Assembly (NCBI GenBank): GCA_903934875.1
Contig: CAIZPP010000177.1
Span: forward strand, 17,344 to 81,343
Source: an uncultured Methylococcaceae bacterium
Lineage (GTDB): Bacteria > Pseudomonadota > Gammaproteobacteria > Methylococcales > Methylococcaceae
Direction of reading: 5' to 3'
DNA: 64,000 nt
Below, in pieces: positions 60,356 to 64,000 of this stretch; the stretch's first letter is position 1; each line of letters begins with the position of its first letter. Both the position numbers and the translations under genes were made by a program. The notes under the pieces are model-generated. The model saw only the letters and a list, made by a program, of their open reading frames with translations. It was not told the DNA's origin and made no database searches.

Positions 60356-60762
60356 CCGGTGGCACCGGCCTCCAGCGAGCTTACATATCTCAGTACGTCC
60401 TCCGTGCGTCCCTCAGACACCAGTTGCTCGGCTGTCTTGTAGCCGAATGCGGACAGGGGTTCGTTTCGGTACCAGAAGAGTGCCCGGTTAACATCACCCG
60501 AAAGGTCACATCCCGCTTTAATGACTTTCAAGGCTTCCCGGAGAAATCGCTGGATTCCCTGCGAAGTGGGGGCTCTGCTAATCGTATTGCGGTGGACATG
60601 GGCTTGCTCGGCCAGTGTCTGCAGATCAATGTGCAGAGCTTGGCTGAACCGCTTGGGGGAGAGCACGGGGCCGGGTGTGTCAGGATCGCGCAGGTACTCG
60701 ACAAAATGTTCGTAGTTCTGGCCCGATACAGCAAGGGCATCTAAAGCTTGGAGGGTGGTCAT
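60352..60762 (-). CDS. Xre/MbcA/ParS-type antitoxin (DUF2384 toxin-binding domain)
   Basis: C-terminal ...RALFWYRNEPLSAFGYKTAEQLVSEGRTEDVLRYV is typical of DUF2384. Confidence 0.65.
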   Translation of the reverse strand: MTTLQALDALAVSGQNYEHFVEYLRDPDTPGPVLSPKRFSQALHIDLQTLAEQAHVHRNTISRAPTSQGIQRFLREALKVIKAGCDLSGDVNRALFWYRNEPLSAFGYKTAEQLVSEGRTEDVLRYVSSLEAGATG

Positions 60763-60876
60763 ATCAAAAACCCAGAAGTAGTATGCACATATTATGCACT
60801 AAATGTGCACTGATTCAGATTAACCCTATCTTGCGAATACGTCTTAAACAGTCGCGGCCGTCAAAATCCGCTCCCC

Positions 60877-61234
60877 CTAGCGCAACAGTGTGTCGGAATC
60901 AGCCGACCACACTTGGACGCGGTCGCTTTCGCTCAGCGTCCCAAAGCGGAGTTCCAGCATAAGCAACAGCAGTGATGCTTCACCTTCTTGTCGACCCTCT
61001 TGGCGGCTTTTCTTAATGCCTTTCTTCATGCCTTCCCGACGGCCTTTTTCCTCGCCCTGCTGTTTCCATTCTTCATGTCCACTCGATGACCCGTTCAGCC
61101 AACATGCTTTGCACCTCTTGCAAATCGTTCAGGTTGCTGAATTCCACGCCCGGCACACGGCCCGGCAGAAACACCCGCTTCAACCAGACCGTAAACGCTA
61201 GGGCGTTTCGCCCATCCTTGAACAAACCTGTCAT
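60877..61234 (-). pseudogene. Remnant of the C-terminal (DUF4351-like) part of an Rpn/YhgA-family PD-(D/E)XK recombination-promoting nuclease / putative transposase; frameshifted
   Basis: Two frames give MTGLFKDGRNALAFTVWLKRVFLPGRVPGVEFSNLNDLQEVQSMLAERVIEWT* and ...EEWKQQGEEKGRREGMKKGIKKSRQEGRQEGEASLLLLMLELRFGTLSESDRVQVWSADSDTLLR*. The E/G/K-rich spacer and RFG helix resemble Rpn C-termini. No N-terminal nuclease domain is present. Confidence 0.4.
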
Positions 61235-61318
61235 TCGCTGTCATTTTTGGCCGTCTGGTCTTTATCGGCACCTACCGACCACACGAAACCGACACGAAGC
61301 GAGTCTGATGGTTTCAAA

Positions 61319-63295
61319 CTACCCGTCTCCTTCATGATTCTTCCGTTCCGCACTGGTTTTCTCGGAGAGCAGCATCGCCAGCATGGCTTCCACCAAGTTT
61401 CCGCCTTGGCCGTCGCGCCCGCCGCCCAAACTGATGTTCGGCACCAAGGCCAGCTTGCCTTTTTCAACGGCTTCGGCGAAGCGCAACAATACTTGGCTGT
61501 GAAGCTGGTACTCTGGTCCGCCGTAGGCCGCCACTTGCTTTTCGGTGGCTTCGGCACTGGCAAGGCCGATGGCCTTGGTTTTGTCCGCCTCGGCGAGGCC
61601 GATTGAGCGGATGCGGTCCGCCTCGCCCTGCCCTTCGATGCGGGTGCGGTCGGCGGTGGCCTTGGCCGTGACCTGGATGGTCTCGGCTTCCTGCCGGGCC
61701 AAGGCCAGCTTGGCTTTGCCCTCGTTTTCCCGCACTTGGATGGACAGCGCGGAGACCGTGATTTGGGCTTGCTGTTCGGCCATGGCCTGTTTTTCTTTCA
61801 GGGTCCGCTCCTGCACGGAAGCGGCTTCCTGCAATTTGTATGTCTCCACTTGCTCCACGGCAACCTGCCGATTGCGCAGTTGCATCAATATCTGTTCAAT
61901 GCCCTTGCCATGCTCATCGTCAGCACGCGGCGTGCCGATCAGCACCTCCTGCAATTCCAGGCTATAGGCGGCAAACTTGGAACGCATTTCCTGCGAAGAC
62001 CGGTCTTGGATTTCATTGCGGTCTTGCAGCAGTTCGATCAAGGTCTTGGTTTGGCCGATGTTCTTGAAGTAGGCGGAAACCATAGGGTCCAGTGTCTGCT
62101 CCACCAGCCGTTTGACATCGCCGAAACGCTGCACCACATAGGGGGCTTTCATGTAGTCAATGTGGACGACGACGGACAGCGGCAGGGTCGGTTCGAAGGC
62201 ATCCCGGGTGATCAGGGAGACTTCGGAGAGGTTTTCGTCGAAACGGTGCGGGCCGGTGTCCGATTTCGCCCATTTCAGCACGAAGTTGGTTGTGGGGACG
62301 CTGATGACCTTGCCCGCATAGGTGTTGAAGGCGTATTTCCCCGGCAGCAAGGGCCGGTTCCAGACACCCCTGAAGCCCGGCTCCACCAACTCTCCATGCC
62401 GGTACAGGTCACCCGAGGTGTCCTTGCCTTCGCCTCCGATGTAAGACACCACGACCCCCACGGTGCCAACCTCGACGATGGTCTTGCTGATCAGTTCAAC
62501 GGTGGCGAACAGGCGGTTGATGTAGTAACTGCCTTCCACCAAGACATGGTGTTGGCGTCCACGGAACCCGCCAGCCTTGAGGAAGCGCTCCGGGTCTTGG
62601 AAGTTGTTGTGGAAGGTTTCCGGCTCCGCCGCATCGCCGCCCACTGTGGGTGCGATGATTTCGCCTTCGGGCAGGGCGGGGCCGTCATGGACGGTGATGA
62701 TGCCGATGGAGTCGTCGGCATCCTTGATCACCACCGCGTCGTAGCCGCTCCGCTCGAAGATCAACTCGCCCATGTGCTGGATGAGGGACTCCTCGCTAGG
62801 CTCCAAATCCTTGGAATAGGCCCGTGCCTTGGTGAATACGATGAATTGCGCAAGATTGAGGGCATAAGTCCCCTCGCGCAGGATTTTGCGTTGCGGGCCT
62901 TTCTGCCCGCCCTTTTTAAGGAAGTCCTCGGTGTCTTGGAAATTGTCGGCGGCCTGGTTGGAACCCAAGGTCTGGGTCGGTGCCAGGGGGATGCCGTCGC
63001 GGGCGAAGACATACCCAATCTGGCCTTGGGGTATGGTCACCAAGGGTGCTTTGTGGACGCGGTATTGGAAGGGCACAAAGAAATGGAAGCCGCCGCGCAG
63101 GATGTGGGGTTGGAACCCCGCCTCTCCGTCCAAGGCGATCAGTCCTTCTTTGATCGACCCTTTCACGCTCCACATCTTTTCCAAGATGCCGATGCGGTCA
63201 TTGGCAATATAGCGGATCACGCCGGCGGCGTAGACTAGGGCAATAGAGACTGCCACGATGCTTACGGTGGTGAAGCTTGGGAGGTTCTCAAACAT
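61319..63295 (-). CDS. Flotillin-family (SPFH/band-7) protein
   Basis: N-terminal transmembrane helix, SPFH domain, long coiled-coil flotillin region; 658 aa. Confidence 0.8.
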   Translation of the reverse strand: MFENLPSFTTVSIVAVSIALVYAAGVIRYIANDRIGILEKMWSVKGSIKEGLIALDGEAGFQPHILRGGFHFFVPFQYRVHKAPLVTIPQGQIGYVFARDGIPLAPTQTLGSNQAADNFQDTEDFLKKGGQKGPQRKILREGTYALNLAQFIVFTKARAYSKDLEPSEESLIQHMGELIFERSGYDAVVIKDADDSIGIITVHDGPALPEGEIIAPTVGGDAAEPETFHNNFQDPERFLKAGGFRGRQHHVLVEGSYYINRLFATVELISKTIVEVGTVGVVVSYIGGEGKDTSGDLYRHGELVEPGFRGVWNRPLLPGKYAFNTYAGKVISVPTTNFVLKWAKSDTGPHRFDENLSEVSLITRDAFEPTLPLSVVVHIDYMKAPYVVQRFGDVKRLVEQTLDPMVSAYFKNIGQTKTLIELLQDRNEIQDRSSQEMRSKFAAYSLELQEVLIGTPRADDEHGKGIEQILMQLRNRQVAVEQVETYKLQEAASVQERTLKEKQAMAEQQAQITVSALSIQVRENEGKAKLALARQEAETIQVTAKATADRTRIEGQGEADRIRSIGLAEADKTKAIGLASAEATEKQVAAYGGPEYQLHSQVLLRFAEAVEKGKLALVPNISLGGGRDGQGGNLVEAMLAMLLSEKTSAERKNHEGDG

Positions 63296-63310
63296 GGCCA
63301 GTTCTCCTGC

Positions 63311-63475
63311 TTATGCGATAATTACAAACTGATGTTACGCAACCGTGTAGGCCGTAGCCCGGATGTTGTGGAGTGCGGCGACTCGTCGCCGCCTTTTGCG
63401 TCCAGCGGCGACGAGTCGCCGCACTCCTCAAGTTGCCATCCTCCAGCGATGACTGCGTAACGTCAGTTACAAATA
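63311..63475. repeat. Family-2 palindromic element, inverted relative to the 2641-2793 copy
   Basis: Same 21-bp terminal inverted repeats and central hairpin; the flanking arms are exact reverse complements of the 2641-2793 copy. Confidence 0.8.
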
Positions 63476-63663
63476 AAGAAAATCGGGACTCCTAGCTGTG
63501 AAAAAATGGCACATAGGCCGTTTTGACAGTCAACAAAACACGTTGCCAAAACGACGGAACGCGCCTGTTGCTCCTTACCGCTTTGAGGGAAGCCCATTAG
63601 TGCATTATAATACGCGTTTAAATGATTGGCTGGCATACATTTCTGAAAATGGCATGTATTACT

Positions 63664-63781
63664 GCGTTTTCAACATCAAAGAGTTACTTGATAGTGGGTA
63701 TGTAAGCGCAGGTTATTCGGTTAACCTGAAGGGTTAATGGAATGTCTGATTTGGGTATATTTTTTAAGATGAAAACGCTGT
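63664..63781. repeat. MITE-like repeat, family 1 (inverted)
   Basis: cagcgttttcaacatcaaagagttacttgatagtgggtatg...aagatgaaaacgctg. Confidence 0.8.
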
Positions 63782-64000
63782 ACATAAAGATATTTCGATG
63801 CCTCTTATACCATTACCATAAATGTACCTGATTAGGAAGATTCTTCGGTTATTCCGATTTCGGCATGGACCGCCTGAATCCAGATAGCAGAGATGCCCAA
63901 AGCCCCGCCGTACATGGAGCCTAGGTTCCGGCAATCCATGCCGGAACGACGGCGTTCTGGGTTTTGCTGAAACATCTTCCTAATCTGAATGGCCTATGTG

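Noticed and set aside
61231-61606. ORFs 61231..61563 (minus) and 61247..61606 (plus)
   Set aside because: Both overlap the 3' end of the flotillin gene in other frames or strands and are spurious. Only the downstream Rpn-like remnant (60877-61234) has recognisable content.
63790-64000. Possible 47-aa ORF (MFQQNPERRRSGMDCRNL...) flanked by 11-bp inverted repeats (attaggaagat/atcttcctaat) at the window edge
   Set aside because: A Shine-Dalgarno-like aggaag sits too close to the ATG, there is no homology, and the window ends here, so it cannot be evaluated.

Overview
This 64-kb window looks like a gammaproteobacterial chromosome: largely conserved housekeeping blocks interrupted by accessory insertions and several families of small palindromic repeat (MITE-like) elements. 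No rRNA, tRNA, CRISPR array or intact IS transposase was recognised; all calls are from reading the six-frame translations and DNA by eye, with no database searches.

Housekeeping blocks:
- hpt-mtnP
- rpoZ-spoT-ridA-recG
- rsmI / lpoA-yraN-diaA
- gloA, glmM, pgl, pgi, argH
- tatD-pilZ-holB-tmk-mltG-pabC, followed by the full fatty-acid cluster fabF-acpP-fabG-fabD-fabH-plsX-rpmF-yceD, then maf

The standout feature is a complete diversity-generating retroelement (DGR) at about 35.9-41.9 kb on the minus strand.
- It has a reverse transcriptase with a YVDD motif (37197..38354), an Avd-like four-helix-bundle gene (38364..38717) and a roughly 120-bp template repeat (37166..37285).
- It has two variable repeats at the 3' ends of two target genes, both with C-terminal formylglycine-generating-enzyme (FGE)/C-type-lectin (CLec)-fold domains (36007..37047 and 38816..41935).
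- About 20 template-versus-variable differences fall exclusively, with one exception, on template adenines (T on the plus strand), where the template encodes AAC Asn codons. This is the hallmark of adenine-directed mutagenic homing.

The larger DGR target is a 1039-aa membrane protein that sits in an apparent operon with a MoxR/AAA_5-like ATPase, a trypsin-like serine protease carrying in-frame tandem repeats, a trypco2-like small protein and a small unknown ORF. This is a candidate DGR-diversified, NTPase- and protease-coupled sensing or conflict system.

A second candidate defence locus is a translationally coupled pair: a KAP-family P-loop NTPase followed by a NACHT (STAND) NTPase with a C-terminal array of about nine 22-aa leucine-rich repeats. 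It is flanked by a DUF433/DUF5615 toxin-antitoxin pair, two tandem DUF1640 genes and repeat elements.

Other accessory content:
- a hicBA module bracketed by two MITE copies
- an orphan HicB-RHH antitoxin next to an AT-rich islet
- a frameshifted and truncated RelE/ParE-like killer gene beside an intact antidote gene
- a RES/Xre(MbcA-like) toxin-antitoxin pair
- a remnant of an Rpn/YhgA-like nuclease C-terminus
- an AT-rich hemerythrin-histidine-kinase-receiver hybrid
- a flotillin gene

Three repeat families, with nested palindromes, recur throughout and cluster at island borders.
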